Below are positions 10,100 through 20,317 of a stretch of DNA of 64,000 bases, in pieces. The stretch is from Syntrophales bacterium (GTDB lineage Bacteria; Desulfobacterota; Syntrophia; Syntrophales; PHBD01): the NCBI GenBank assembly GCA_963668175.1, contig OY764159.1:3520001-3584000 (forward strand), in the 5' to 3' direction. The notes beneath the pieces were generated by a model, which searched no databases, was not told the DNA's origin, and saw only the letters and a list, made by a program, of their open reading frames with translations. Position numbers and translations under genes: made by a program. Numbering within the stretch: position 1 is the stretch's first letter; the number at the start of each line of letters is the position of its first letter.

Positions 10100-10960
10100 T
10101 CAGGCAGACATTTCGGAAAAATACTTCTCGGCCATGTATGAGCTGCGCACAAACGGCGATGCTGCAACGCTTCTGAAACCTAAATCCAGAGCCCGCCGCC
10201 GATAAAAATCGAAGACTTCAGGGCGGACATATTCCACGACGGGATGATGCGAAGCGGAAGGACCAAGGTACTGGCCGATCGTCAGCATGTCGCAGCCGAC
10301 ATCTCTCAATTCCGACAAGACTTTGGCCACTTCCTCGGCCGTTTCGCCCAACCCCACCATCAGGCCCGATTTGGTCACGCCCTCCGGATACATGGCCTTT
10401 ATCTCGCGAAGCAGCGTCAGGGACCTCGCGTAATCCGCCTGGGGCCGGGCCGCCCGATAAAGTCTCGGCACGGTCTCGATGTTATGACTGACCACTTCCG
10501 GCGCCGCCATAGCTATGGTATTCAGGGCCTGCTTCGAGCCCTGAAAATCGGGAATCAGCACCTCGACGCCCACGCCGGGACAATGGATGCGCAACGACGC
10601 TATCGTGCGGGCAAAATGCGATGCGCCGCCGTCGGGCAAATCGTCCCTGGTCACGGACGTCACGACGACGAAGCGCAGCTTCATCTCTTTGACTTCCAAG
10701 GCAAGCCTCTTCGGCTCGTCCATGTCGAGAGGAAACGGCTTTCCGTGTTTGACGGCGCAAAAACGGCAGTTCCGGGTGCATGTATCCCCCATGATAAGGA
10801 AAGTAGCCACACCCCGCTCGAAGCATTCGCCCTGATTGGGGCAGCACCCCTCCTGGCAGATCGTATGCAGGCGTTGACTGCTCAAACCGGCCTCCACGCT
10901 TTGAAAGGCAGCACCCAAAGGGAGTTTCTTTCTCAACCAGTCAGGTTTCGCCAAGGTCAT
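10100..10960 (-). CDS. lipA: Lipoyl synthase
   Basis: TICQEGCCPNQGEC auxiliary cluster motif, radical SAM CTRNCRFC, C-terminal VRSSY. Confidence 0.95.
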   Translation of the reverse strand: MTLAKPDWLRKKLPLGAAFQSVEAGLSSQRLHTICQEGCCPNQGECFERGVATFLIMGDTCTRNCRFCAVKHGKPFPLDMDEPKRLALEVKEMKLRFVVVTSVTRDDLPDGGASHFARTIASLRIHCPGVGVEVLIPDFQGSKQALNTIAMAAPEVVSHNIETVPRLYRAARPQADYARSLTLLREIKAMYPEGVTKSGLMVGLGETAEEVAKVLSELRDVGCDMLTIGQYLGPSASHHPVVEYVRPEVFDFYRRRALDLGFRSVAASPFVRSSYMAEKYFSEMSA

Positions 10961-11670
10961 GACATCCCCTCATGAATCATCTCCGGAAATTTATGTCTGA
11001 ACGCTTCCCACGACAGCCGCGCCGTTACCGGCACGGCAAATACGAGGGAAAAGGAACGAACGATCATATCCCTCACGCGGTTCATGATCGATCTGCCGCC
11101 CGTATTCACAAAATGCTCCAGAAAAGCGATACCGCGATCGGCAATGCCGCAGGGAACAAAGAATTGATAAATCCCTATATCCTCGAATACATTCAACGAA
11201 AAGCCATGCATGGTAACATGTTCCTTCACTTCCACGCCGACGGCGGCGATTTTCCTGCCGTCCACCCAAACGCCCCGCAAACTCTCTATCCTGCCTGCCT
11301 GGATATCGAATTTCGTAAGGCAGGCAATAAGCGTCTCTTCCAGACGATAAACGAGAAAAGGAATATCGGGTTGAGACGTTTCGACCCGCATGATGGGATA
11401 ACCGACCAACTGCCCCGGATAGTGACACGTCATCTTTCCGCCCCGACTCACCTGGCGGAACGCAATACCCCTCTTTTCCAGCTCTTCATGGGGAACAAGC
11501 AGATCATTCTTATTCCCCTGCCTGCCGGACGTGATAACCGGTTCGTGTTCCAGAAGCAGCAGAACATCATCCCCCTTGCCGGCAACCCTTGCGGCATGGA
11601 TCATCTGCTGGATTCTAAGCCCTTCGTCGTAGGACACGACATCAAGATAGACGGCAATCACGGCGCTCAC
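10957..11670 (-). CDS. lipB: Lipoyl(octanoyl) transferase
   Basis: LLEHEPVIT, RGGKMTCHYPGQLVGYPI, KIAAVG, HGFSLNV, VPCG; start uncertain (GTG 11670, frame open to 11721). Confidence 0.9.
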   Translation of the reverse strand: MSAVIAVYLDVVSYDEGLRIQQMIHAARVAGKGDDVLLLLEHEPVITSGRQGNKNDLLVPHEELEKRGIAFRQVSRGGKMTCHYPGQLVGYPIMRVETSQPDIPFLVYRLEETLIACLTKFDIQAGRIESLRGVWVDGRKIAAVGVEVKEHVTMHGFSLNVFEDIGIYQFFVPCGIADRGIAFLEHFVNTGGRSIMNRVRDMIVRSFSLVFAVPVTARLSWEAFRHKFPEMIHEGMS

Positions 11671-11773
11671 TCCCGATGGTACTTCCCCCCCCGCCCCGCT
11701 AAGGGGAGCGGGGGGAAGCAAGGAACATCCCCTGCGCCGCCGTCATCGGCGGCAATGGGGTGACTGAGAATAT

Positions 11774-12550
11774 CTACAATCTCTCCGCACCTTTTTTCGG
11801 GTCGTCAAAATTTGCGGGTTTCTTGAAACCTAACCGTGTCCAGTATCTCTCCGGCATGACTTCCGGTTTTTTATAAAAATGCCAGGCACAGGGCTTGGAG
11901 GCGTCGGGGTTATACTCCGTAACCCAGAGAGGCCATCCGCCCCACTCGATCATGAGGATCTCGTTCATGGCGCAGTGGATGCAGTAGTAAGGAACGTCGG
12001 CCAGCGACCAACTCCACCAGTAGGGCTTGGACGTCACGCCGAAGTTGTAGGGTTTTCCCAGCCGGGAAGGCGTGCCGTCGACCGGATCGCCCCGGCGGAT
12101 GCGTCCGCCGCTGCCGCAGGGATCGCAGAGGAGTTCATATTTATCTGCGTCTTCCGTGAACGTCAATTCGCCCATCTGCCGGGGACCGCAGCGGTGCGCC
12201 CGGAAAATCTCCGCGTTCAGCATCAGCCGCTGGAACGGCTGCATCTTGGAAAGGCCGCTCCATGTTCGCCGCATCATCCAGGTGCTCTGTGTTGCGCGCA
12301 GCAGGTCGAACATCGCTTCCTCCCCATGCATTTTTGCCACTTTGTCAAAGATGTCGGCCGTCCAGTCCACATACAGGTCATGAAGCCCCTTGGACTCGGG
12401 AACAAAGTATTGGGCCAGCTCCTTGGCAAGCTCCAGTTTGCCTTCGTCGATGCAACGGCAGATCATGTCCCCCGTGGGAACACCCAGATCCTCCAGATCG
12501 TCCTGACGGATCTTTCTCTTGATCAAATCCCATTTTTCGTATTTCAGCAT
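11774..12550 (-). CDS. Conserved-looking Cys/His-rich hypothetical protein
   Basis: In operon, with an RBS; motifs LHDLYVDW, RAHRC, CDPCGSGGR, YYCIHC, PCAWHFYK suggest metal binding. Confidence 0.75.
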   Translation of the reverse strand: MLKYEKWDLIKRKIRQDDLEDLGVPTGDMICRCIDEGKLELAKELAQYFVPESKGLHDLYVDWTADIFDKVAKMHGEEAMFDLLRATQSTWMMRRTWSGLSKMQPFQRLMLNAEIFRAHRCGPRQMGELTFTEDADKYELLCDPCGSGGRIRRGDPVDGTPSRLGKPYNFGVTSKPYWWSWSLADVPYYCIHCAMNEILMIEWGGWPLWVTEYNPDASKPCAWHFYKKPEVMPERYWTRLGFKKPANFDDPKKGAERL

Positions 12551-12600
12551 GATTCGATACCTCTCTTTCCATGCAATGACAATGTGTTGACGACTGTTCG

Positions 12601-13869
12601 CTAATTCTTCATCCTATCGACCGCAGGTTCGTGGTAAAGCACGTCTTCGCCGTACAGGGCCTTGATCTGATCCTCCCCGTATCCCAGAACTTCTGCGAGA
12701 ACATGGTCGTTATGCTCGCCCAGGATGGGTGCATGGCCCCTGATGCAGGAAGGTGTTTCGGACATCTTCAGGGGACTGCCGTACATCTTCATGGGGCCGA
12801 TGAAGGGCTGATCGACGACGGGCATCATTTCCCTCGCCTTGATCTGGGGGTCCGTATCCGCCAGTTCCTTCAGTGTCCGGACGCGCAGGCACGGAACTTC
12901 CACTTCGTCGAGCAGCCGCTCCACTTCTTCGACCGATTCCTGCTCCATGACCCACTCTTCCAACACCTGATGAATGAAGGGGGCATTGGACGTGGAGCAC
13001 CGCGTCGAGACATCCTTCGCCCGGGGATCATTGAGAAGCCAGGCGTATTTTTCCCCCATGAGCTTCACCAGGGGCTGCCATCTGTTTTCCGTCAGGCAGG
13101 CGATGCAGATCAAGCCGTCGTTCTTACCCTTGTAAATGCCGTAAGGGGCGTAACCGGGATGCTGGCGGCCGATCCTCGGAGGTTCGATGGGATTCCCTAT
13201 CGCCTGGCTGATCAGATACCAGGGAAGCGTATTTTCATGGAGGGAAAAGAGGCAGTCCATCATGGAGATGTCGAGGTTCTGGCCGATCCCGCTCATCTTC
13301 TTCGCATAAAGGGCGCCCAGGATGGCTATACATGCATGTACCGCGGCCACCGTGTCGCCGATGGACACCGGGGCGATGATCGGGGGATCGCTCTGGGCGG
13401 TCCAACCGCTGGCGCCCTGGGCGATCATGTCGTACCCGGGCTTGTGGCTGTAAGGCCCCCAGTGGCCGAAACAGGAGATGGAACAGTAAATGATATCGCT
13501 CTTGATCTTCTTGACCGACTCGTAATCGAGTTTCAGCCGGTCCATGACGCCGGGGGCAAAGTTCTCTATCACGACGTCACTCTTTTTAATCAGCTCATGA
13601 ATCACGGCCATCCCTTTCGGGTTTTTCATATTGACGCAGATGCTTTTCTTGCCCCGGTTGACGTTGACGCTGTATGAACTCTGGGTGACGTCGTCATGGG
13701 TCACCCGGTAAGGGAGCCAACGCTCGTTGGCGCCGGCCTTGTATTGCTCCACTTTGATGACATTCGCACCCATATCGGCAAGGGTTTTGGTTGCATGAGG
13801 ACCAGCCAGCACCCAGGTAAAATCCAGAATCGTAACGCCTTCCAAGCACCCCGGTTTCAAATTCTCCAT
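12601..13869 (-). CDS. Class III CoA-transferase (CaiB/BaiF family)
   Basis: VLAGPHAT..LADMGANVIKVE, NRGKKSI, ENFAPG, GYDMIAQ, SIGD, APILGEH. Confidence 0.92.
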   Translation of the reverse strand: MENLKPGCLEGVTILDFTWVLAGPHATKTLADMGANVIKVEQYKAGANERWLPYRVTHDDVTQSSYSVNVNRGKKSICVNMKNPKGMAVIHELIKKSDVVIENFAPGVMDRLKLDYESVKKIKSDIIYCSISCFGHWGPYSHKPGYDMIAQGASGWTAQSDPPIIAPVSIGDTVAAVHACIAILGALYAKKMSGIGQNLDISMMDCLFSLHENTLPWYLISQAIGNPIEPPRIGRQHPGYAPYGIYKGKNDGLICIACLTENRWQPLVKLMGEKYAWLLNDPRAKDVSTRCSTSNAPFIHQVLEEWVMEQESVEEVERLLDEVEVPCLRVRTLKELADTDPQIKAREMMPVVDQPFIGPMKMYGSPLKMSETPSCIRGHAPILGEHNDHVLAEVLGYGEDQIKALYGEDVLYHEPAVDRMKN

Positions 13870-14014
13870 AACCAGTCTCCTTATATATATCAAACCGTGT
13901 CATCCACGGCGCTGTTTTTTTGTTACGTTCCGGCGCCGACAAACCCGCCGCCGGAACGACCCCGCCGTCATTTCAAGGCCTCGGCCCGCACCTTCCTGCC
14001 GGGTATCGCGACAC

Positions 14015-15136
14015 CTACAATCCCAGTTCGGAGGCAATGAGTTGACGATGATAATTGGCATTGCCGTAAGCGTATTCTGAGGCTTTCGCCCTCCTGGAGT
14101 ATATGGGCATGGGATGTTCCACGATGTAGCCCGTACCTCCGAAGATCTGGTGGCCGATGGCCGTCACCTTTTTATAAGCTTCGCTGACCCAGGCCTTCGC
14201 CGAGGAAACGAAACGTGCGGCCGACATGCCGTTATCGAGCATCCAGGAGGCCTTGTAGGTGATGTAGGTGCTGCCTTCAATGGCCATTTTCTGATTGGCG
14301 CAATGATGCTGCACGGCCTGATAGACGCCGATGGGCTTGCCGAATTGCACACGCTCCTTGGCATACGCGACGGTCAATTCCATGACCTTGTTGGAGCCCC
14401 CCAGCATTTCGGCGCATTTACCCACCGCCGCATACTGCAGGACTTTTTCGATGATGGGGCCGGCGCCGTTCAATCCGCCCAGGAGGTCCGACTTCGGGAC
14501 CCGAACGTGATCCAGGACGACCTCGCACAGTTTGTCGCCGGCGGTCGTCTTCAGCACCGTGACCTCGACACCCGCCGCCTTTCCATCCACCAGGAACAGG
14601 GATATGCCGCCGGCGGTCCTTACCGCACAGATGATCTTGTCCGCCACATGGGCATCGGGAACGAAGAGTTTCGTTCCGTTTATGACGTAGGCGTCCCCGT
14701 CCGCCGCGGCCGTTGCTTCGATGAAGGACGGATCGTAAACGGTGCTGCCGGCTTCGCTCAGGGCGAGCGTCATCATGCATTTACCCTCGGCGATTTTCGG
14801 CAGGAGTTCGTCCTTTTGCCCGTCATCCCCCCCGAAAAGAACGGTCAAACCTCCCAAAAGGACGGTGGAAAAGAAGGGCCCCGGAACTGCAGCATAACCC
14901 ATCTCTTCCAGAAGGACAACCAGGTCCGTGAACGAGCCTCCGATGCCTCCGTACTGCTCGGGAAACATGACGGCCATCCATCCCAGTTCGGCCATACCTT
15001 TCCACAGCTCAGGCGTAAATCCCTTTTCGTCCCGGTCCATTTCCAGATACCAGTCGACATTGGGACACGCCTTCTCCAGGAAGCCCCTTGCCGCTTCCTT
15101 CATCATTCTCTGCTCTTCCGTATATGTAAAATCCAT
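14015..15136 (-). CDS. Acyl-CoA dehydrogenase, probable beta-type subunit
   Basis: LWKGMAELGW, NGTKLFVPDA, RVQFGKPIGVYQAVQH; ends YGNANYHR without the GTSE motif. Confidence 0.88.
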   Translation of the reverse strand: MDFTYTEEQRMMKEAARGFLEKACPNVDWYLEMDRDEKGFTPELWKGMAELGWMAVMFPEQYGGIGGSFTDLVVLLEEMGYAAVPGPFFSTVLLGGLTVLFGGDDGQKDELLPKIAEGKCMMTLALSEAGSTVYDPSFIEATAAADGDAYVINGTKLFVPDAHVADKIICAVRTAGGISLFLVDGKAAGVEVTVLKTTAGDKLCEVVLDHVRVPKSDLLGGLNGAGPIIEKVLQYAAVGKCAEMLGGSNKVMELTVAYAKERVQFGKPIGVYQAVQHHCANQKMAIEGSTYITYKASWMLDNGMSAARFVSSAKAWVSEAYKKVTAIGHQIFGGTGYIVEHPMPIYSRRAKASEYAYGNANYHRQLIASELGL

Positions 15137-15166
15137 TTTTATACCTCCGTTCCAATATGGCCTTGT

Positions 15167-16345
15167 CTATCCGCGGGGAAGCCCCAGACCGCGCTGGGCG
15201 ATGACCGTTCTCCCGACCTCGCTCGTTCCCGCCCCTATCGTCGTCATGAAGGAGTGCAGGAACTCCCATTCTATCCTTCCCTTCAGGGGAGCCCACTTGG
15301 AATCCTCCTTCAGTTGGCAGAACTGGTCCAGGATCTGCATCATGCTGTCGACCATGCGCTGTTCCATCTCGGAGACGAATACCTTCGTAATTTCAGGCTC
15401 GCAGGTCATGGGCAGGTTGTTCCATTCCATCCATCGGGCGTGATCGGCCAGCAGCGTGGACATGTCGATTTCCACGGCGATCTGGGCGATCTTGTCCCTG
15501 ACCATGGGGTTTTCGGCCAGCGGCACGCCTTTGAACGTCGTACTCCTGGCGTAGTCGATGATCATATTGAGATAGGGCGTATAGCGGCTCGGTACGAAGA
15601 CGTAATTCCGCTCGGACCCCAGGGCTTCCATCATATAGTAGAAGCCCTTGTTCTTCTCGCCCACGAGCCTGTTCTTGGGAACCTTCACGTCGTCGTAGAA
15701 GATCTCGTTGGTCCTCTCCCCGGACATGGTGATCATGGGTCTGATGGTGATGCCGGGGCTGCGCTGGTCGACGATGAAGAGACTGATCCCCTTGTAGGCG
15801 GAAACCTTGGAGTCCGTCTTGGCGGCCAGCCAGTGGTATTCCGAATAGTGGCTTTCCGTGTTGAACGTCTTCTGACCGTTCACGATGTAACAATCTCCGT
15901 CCTCAATGGCGGTCATTTTCATGTTGGCCAGGTCGGAACCGGCCTCCGGCTCCGTGTAGCCCAGACCGAACTCGATCTCCCCCTGGATAATCCGGGGAAT
16001 GAATTCCTTCTTCATCTCCGCGTTTCCCCTCCGCAGAATCGTGTGGCCGACCATCGTATAAGCCACATCGTTGGGGACATGCGCACCCCAGCGTTTTCCC
16101 AGTTCATCGATCAGGATGAAATCGTATATGGGCGGCAACCCCTTTCCGCCGTATTCCACCGGCCAACTCCATCCCATCAGCCCCGCGGCGTGAAGCTTCT
16201 TGGCGAAACCCCGCCCTAGATCGCCCAAACCAAGATCTTCCCAGTTTTCCCGGGCGATCTCCTCGGTCAGTTCCCTGTCGAGGAACGCAGCTACCTGCTG
16301 ACGGTAGGCTTCCTCTTCCTTTGAAATTCCAAAATCCCAAGCCAT
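15167..16345 (-). CDS. Acyl-CoA dehydrogenase, probable alpha-type subunit
   Basis: GYTEPEAGSDLA, NGQKTF, TIGAGTSEV..VIAQRGLGLPR. Confidence 0.9.
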   Translation of the reverse strand: MAWDFGISKEEEAYRQQVAAFLDRELTEEIARENWEDLGLGDLGRGFAKKLHAAGLMGWSWPVEYGGKGLPPIYDFILIDELGKRWGAHVPNDVAYTMVGHTILRRGNAEMKKEFIPRIIQGEIEFGLGYTEPEAGSDLANMKMTAIEDGDCYIVNGQKTFNTESHYSEYHWLAAKTDSKVSAYKGISLFIVDQRSPGITIRPMITMSGERTNEIFYDDVKVPKNRLVGEKNKGFYYMMEALGSERNYVFVPSRYTPYLNMIIDYARSTTFKGVPLAENPMVRDKIAQIAVEIDMSTLLADHARWMEWNNLPMTCEPEITKVFVSEMEQRMVDSMMQILDQFCQLKEDSKWAPLKGRIEWEFLHSFMTTIGAGTSEVGRTVIAQRGLGLPRG

Positions 16346-16410
16346 GATCTACCTCCCGATTAACTTCAACGTTTACTGGTTCCTGTTGTGCCTCTGTTTC
16401 AACACCGGTG

Positions 16411-18117
16411 CTAAGGCATATGGATGGCCCCTCCCGCCAGCGTCAGCGCCGCTTCCATGATCGCTTCCGAAACCGTCGGATGGGGATGGATGGCATGGGC
16501 CAGTTCCTCGACCGTCATTTCCATGCTCATCCCTAAAACGGCTTCCGCAATCATGTCCGTCGCATGCGGGGCCAGGATATGCACCCCCAGCACCTCACCG
16601 TACTTCTTGTCGGAAATGATCTTCACCATTCCGTCCGTCTCATTGAGGATCAACGCCTTACCGTTTCCCCGAAGCGGGAAGCGGCCGACCTGGACATCGT
16701 GCGTCTTCTTGGCCTCCTCTTCCGTCAAGCCGACCGAGGCCACCTCGGGCGTCGTATAGATGCAGGAGGGCACGGCCCGGTAATTCATAACGGAATCGTG
16801 GCCCAGGGCGTTTTTGACGGCGCATTCGCCTTCGGTCGTGGCGACATGGGCCAGCATAACCCCGCCTATCGCATCGCCGGCGGCGTATATGCCGGGAACG
16901 TTCGTCTCCATGCGGTCGTTGACCTTGATGGCGCCCTTCTCAAGGGCAAGGCCCACCTTCTCCACGTTCAGACCGGTGAAATCCGGTTTCCTCCCTACCG
17001 CCAGGATGACGCTTTCCACGACGCATTCCGACACCTTGTCGTCGACGGCGTAATAGACCGTCTTCTGCCCGTTCTTGCCGCCGATGCCTTTGACTGCCGC
17101 CTTCGTGACGACCTTGACTCCCGAAGAAGCAACTATCTTTTCCAGGGTGGCGGCTATTTCCCGGTCCAGACCGGGAATCAGGTTCGGCATCAGTTCCAGG
17201 ATGGTGACGTCCACGCCCATTCCGTTCAGAAACTGGGCAAACTCCACGCCGATCACGCCGCCGCCGATGACGGCGACGCTTTTCGGAAGCTTCTCCATAC
17301 CCAGCACCTGATTGCTGTCCATAACGCCGGAGGTTTCGATGCCTTCGATAGGCAGCTTGCCCGGTTTCGATCCCGAGGCGATCAGGATCTTGTCGGCGGT
17401 GATTTTCTCTCCCGTCTCCGCAATCTGTACGGTCCGGTTATCGATCAACGCCGCCGTTCCCTTGACGATCTTCACCTTCTTCGCCGTAAGCAGGCTCTTC
17501 ACGCCGTTGCACAACTGCGAAACGACGGTGTTCTTGCGGTTCATGACGGCGGGGAAATCGATTTCGTAGCCCTTGCTGCGGATCCCGAACACTTCCGAAT
17601 GCTTGATGGCACTGGCAATGCCGGCGGAGTGCAGAAAGGCCTTCGTGGGAATGCATCCTAAGTTCAGGCAGGTGCCCCCCAGGGCGTCGCGTTCGATGAT
17701 AGTGACCTCTGCTCCCATGCGGGCCGCACGGATCGCCGCCGGATAACCGCCGACGCCGCCGCCGATTATAACGATCTTTGCTTTTCCCGCCGGTCCCTTG
17801 GGCGCCGGTGCGGGGGATGCAGCCGGCGTCGGTGCTTGTGCCGCTGCAGCGGCAGCGGGAAGCGTGTCGGCTTTTTCGCCGGGCTTCATGAGATAACCCA
17901 CCACGGCCCCTACCGGTACCGTCTCCTGCGCCTTGACGAGAATTTTTCCCAAAGTCCCGTCCTCCGGCGCCTCCACTTCATATGTGACCTTCTCCGTCTC
18001 CAGAACAAAAAGGATATCGCCCTTCTTGACGCTGTCTCCTTCCTTCTTCTTCCACTCTACGATGAGCCCCTCGGTCATGGTTAAACCGAGCTTCGGCATG
18101 ACGATTTCTAATGGCAT
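16411..18117 (-). CDS. lpdA: Dihydrolipoyl dehydrogenase (E3) with N-terminal lipoyl domain
   Basis: ETEKV lipoyl motif, Ala/Pro linker, GGGVGG, GGTCLNLGCIP, GGGVIG, HPHPTVSE. Confidence 0.93.
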   Translation of the reverse strand: MPLEIVMPKLGLTMTEGLIVEWKKKEGDSVKKGDILFVLETEKVTYEVEAPEDGTLGKILVKAQETVPVGAVVGYLMKPGEKADTLPAAAAAAQAPTPAASPAPAPKGPAGKAKIVIIGGGVGGYPAAIRAARMGAEVTIIERDALGGTCLNLGCIPTKAFLHSAGIASAIKHSEVFGIRSKGYEIDFPAVMNRKNTVVSQLCNGVKSLLTAKKVKIVKGTAALIDNRTVQIAETGEKITADKILIASGSKPGKLPIEGIETSGVMDSNQVLGMEKLPKSVAVIGGGVIGVEFAQFLNGMGVDVTILELMPNLIPGLDREIAATLEKIVASSGVKVVTKAAVKGIGGKNGQKTVYYAVDDKVSECVVESVILAVGRKPDFTGLNVEKVGLALEKGAIKVNDRMETNVPGIYAAGDAIGGVMLAHVATTEGECAVKNALGHDSVMNYRAVPSCIYTTPEVASVGLTEEEAKKTHDVQVGRFPLRGNGKALILNETDGMVKIISDKKYGEVLGVHILAPHATDMIAEAVLGMSMEMTVEELAHAIHPHPTVSEAIMEAALTLAGGAIHMP

Positions 18118-18154
18118 AATCTCTTTTCCTCGATGATGTCGTTTCTCTCTATAT

Positions 18155-18172
18155 TGACTGAGCGTTCAGTCA
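18155..18172. promoter_or_regulatory. 18-bp palindromic operator (site 1 of 6)
   Basis: TGACTGAGCGTTCAGTCA, intergenic between the E2 and E3 genes. Confidence 0.7.
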
Positions 18173-18227
18173 TGTTTATTCTAAAAAAATAGACGGCAAA
18201 TAATATGTTTTAAAAATATCCTGTTCT

Positions 18228-19493
18228 CTACTGGGCAAAGACCGGCTCCTCCAGCATCTCTTTCAGTGTTTTCATGAACTTGCCGGCTTCCGCCCCGTCG
18301 ATGGTCCGGTGGTCGTAAGTCAGATTCACGGTCATCATGGGACGGATAACGACCTGCCCGTCCAAAGCGACGGGCTTGTCTATGATGGCGCCGACGGCCA
18401 GGATGGCGTTTTCCGGCTGGTTGATGATGGCCGTGAAGGTCTCCAGTCCGAACATGCCCATGGCGGACAGGGTAAACGTGCCCCCTTTGATGTCGTCGGG
18501 AAGGAACTTGTTCTCTTTGCCCTTCTTGATGAGCGAGACGCGGTCCGCGGCGATTTGGCCGTAACTCTTCTTGTTGATGTCCCGTATGACCGGAACGATG
18601 AGGCCGTCGTCCAGGGCCATCGCCATGCCCATGTGCACGTCGGGCAGGAACAGAACGCCCTTGTCTGTCCAGCGCGTATTGATGATCGGATGCTCCCGCA
18701 GGGCGGCGCCCGTGATCTTCATCATGACGTCGGTAATGGTGATCCGGACCCCGCGCTTCTTTTCGATGTAGGGGAGGAGCATTTCCCGGAGGTCCTGAAT
18801 CTTTGTTGCATCGATGGTGTTCCCCATATAGGCCTGGGCCGCTTCCACCTTGCTTGCCAGCATCTTCTTGGCAATGGTCCGGCGCATGCCTGTGAAAGCC
18901 GCGAGTGAGCCGTCGGCCTCGGATGCGGCGGCCGCCGATGCTCCTGAAGCCGCCGGCGCCTGCGCTGCTTCGGCCGGTGCCTGGCTTGCCCTGGCGGCGG
19001 CCTGCTGCTGTGCTTTCTCTACATCCTGGCGGGTAATACGGCCTCCGGAACCCGTTCCGGCAACACCGGCCAAATCCACGCCCGCTTCGCGCGCGATCTT
19101 CTTGGCCAGGGGTGTCGCCTTGACCCGACCCGCACCCGCGGCGCCTGCTGCGGCTACTGCGGCAGCAGGGGCGACTTCCGACGAACCGGCTGCCGGTGCA
19201 GCAGCGGCTGCCGCCGCAGTCGGCGCTCCGGCGGGAATGGCCGTCGCATCCTCTCCCGGCTTCAGAAGCCACCCGACGACCGCACCTACGGGAACCGTCT
19301 CCTGCGCCTGAACGGCGATTTTTCCCAGGACACCGTCTTCAGGGGCTTCCACGTCGTAGGTCACCTTTTCCGTCTCCAGGACAAAGAGGACGTCTCCCTT
19401 CTTGACCTCTTCACCTTCCTTCTTCTTCCATTCCACAATCAGCCCCTCGGTCATCGTGAGGCCGAGTTTCGGCATGACAATATCTAGCGGCAT
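18228..19493 (-). CDS. Dihydrolipoamide acyltransferase (E2, AcoC/PdhC-like)
   Basis: Lipoyl domain, E3-binding [18 protein letters not shown], catalytic DHRTIDG; start set at MPLDIV. Confidence 0.92.
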   Translation of the reverse strand: MPLDIVMPKLGLTMTEGLIVEWKKKEGEEVKKGDVLFVLETEKVTYDVEAPEDGVLGKIAVQAQETVPVGAVVGWLLKPGEDATAIPAGAPTAAAAAAAPAAGSSEVAPAAAVAAAGAAGAGRVKATPLAKKIAREAGVDLAGVAGTGSGGRITRQDVEKAQQQAAARASQAPAEAAQAPAASGASAAAASEADGSLAAFTGMRRTIAKKMLASKVEAAQAYMGNTIDATKIQDLREMLLPYIEKKRGVRITITDVMMKITGAALREHPIINTRWTDKGVLFLPDVHMGMAMALDDGLIVPVIRDINKKSYGQIAADRVSLIKKGKENKFLPDDIKGGTFTLSAMGMFGLETFTAIINQPENAILAVGAIIDKPVALDGQVVIRPMMTVNLTYDHRTIDGAEAGKFMKTLKEMLEEPVFAQ

Positions 19494-19504
19494 CGCAACT
19501 CTCC

Positions 19505-20287
19505 CTATTTTCCTGTGAAATTCGGTTTTCTTTTCTCCAGGAACGCACTCGTTCCTTCCTTCATGTCTTCCGTACTGAAACAGGTGATGCAGTTCTTCTG
19601 CGAATATTGGATGGCCTGCTCCAGCGGAAGGTCCATTCCGATTTCCACGGCGTCCTTGCACATCTCCACGGCGATGGGGGCATTGGCCATGATCTTTCTC
19701 GCCATCTCCTCCGCCGCCTTGAGAGCTTCCCCTTTCGGAACGACCTTATTGACCAGGCCGATATTCAGGGCCTCTTCCGCCGTCAGCGTATCTCCGGTCA
19801 GAAGCAGTTCGTAGGCCTTGCCCTTACCGACCAGTCTGGGCAGACGCTGCGTCCCCCCCGTGCCGGGGATGATTCCCAGCTTTACTTCCGGTAGGGCCAG
19901 TTTCGCTCCTTCCACCGCAATCCGGATGGAACACGACAGGGCCAACTCCAGGCCGCCGCCCATGGCCAGACCGTTCATGGCGGCAATCACGGGCTGTCGC
20001 AGTTTTTCAAGCTTGGCATGATTGCGAAGTACGCCTTCATTCCACCGCAGGATCGCCATCGGCGTCATCAGGCTCAGTTCCCTGATGTCGGCGCCGGCCT
20101 GGAATCCTTTGCCGGCCCCTGTCAGGATCAATACCTGGATCTCGTAATCATTGTTCACTGCGTCCAGGGCGTCGGCGAATTCATCGATGAGCTCCTGGCT
20201 GATGGCATTGAAAACCTCCGGACGGTTCAGCGTGATGTATCCGATCCCGTCTTTTTTCTCTAAAATAATCGTCTTGTATGCTTTCAT
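19505..20287 (-). CDS. Enoyl-CoA hydratase (crotonase family)
   Basis: [35 protein letters not shown]. Confidence 0.92.
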   Translation of the reverse strand: MKAYKTIILEKKDGIGYITLNRPEVFNAISQELIDEFADALDAVNNDYEIQVLILTGAGKGFQAGADIRELSLMTPMAILRWNEGVLRNHAKLEKLRQPVIAAMNGLAMGGGLELALSCSIRIAVEGAKLALPEVKLGIIPGTGGTQRLPRLVGKGKAYELLLTGDTLTAEEALNIGLVNKVVPKGEALKAAEEMARKIMANAPIAVEMCKDAVEIGMDLPLEQAIQYSQKNCITCFSTEDMKEGTSAFLEKRKPNFTGK

Positions 20288-20317
20288 GTTTTTCTCCTCC
20301 CATGCTGTTCGCAGGAA

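Noticed and set aside
11761..11778. TGACTGAG half-site resembling the TetR operator upstream of lipB
   Set aside because: The second half does not match the palindrome
18900..19240. GCN-rich low-complexity repeats in the E2 gene (also near 17800-17860 in E3)
   Set aside because: They encode ordinary Ala/Pro linkers of 2-oxoacid dehydrogenase subunits
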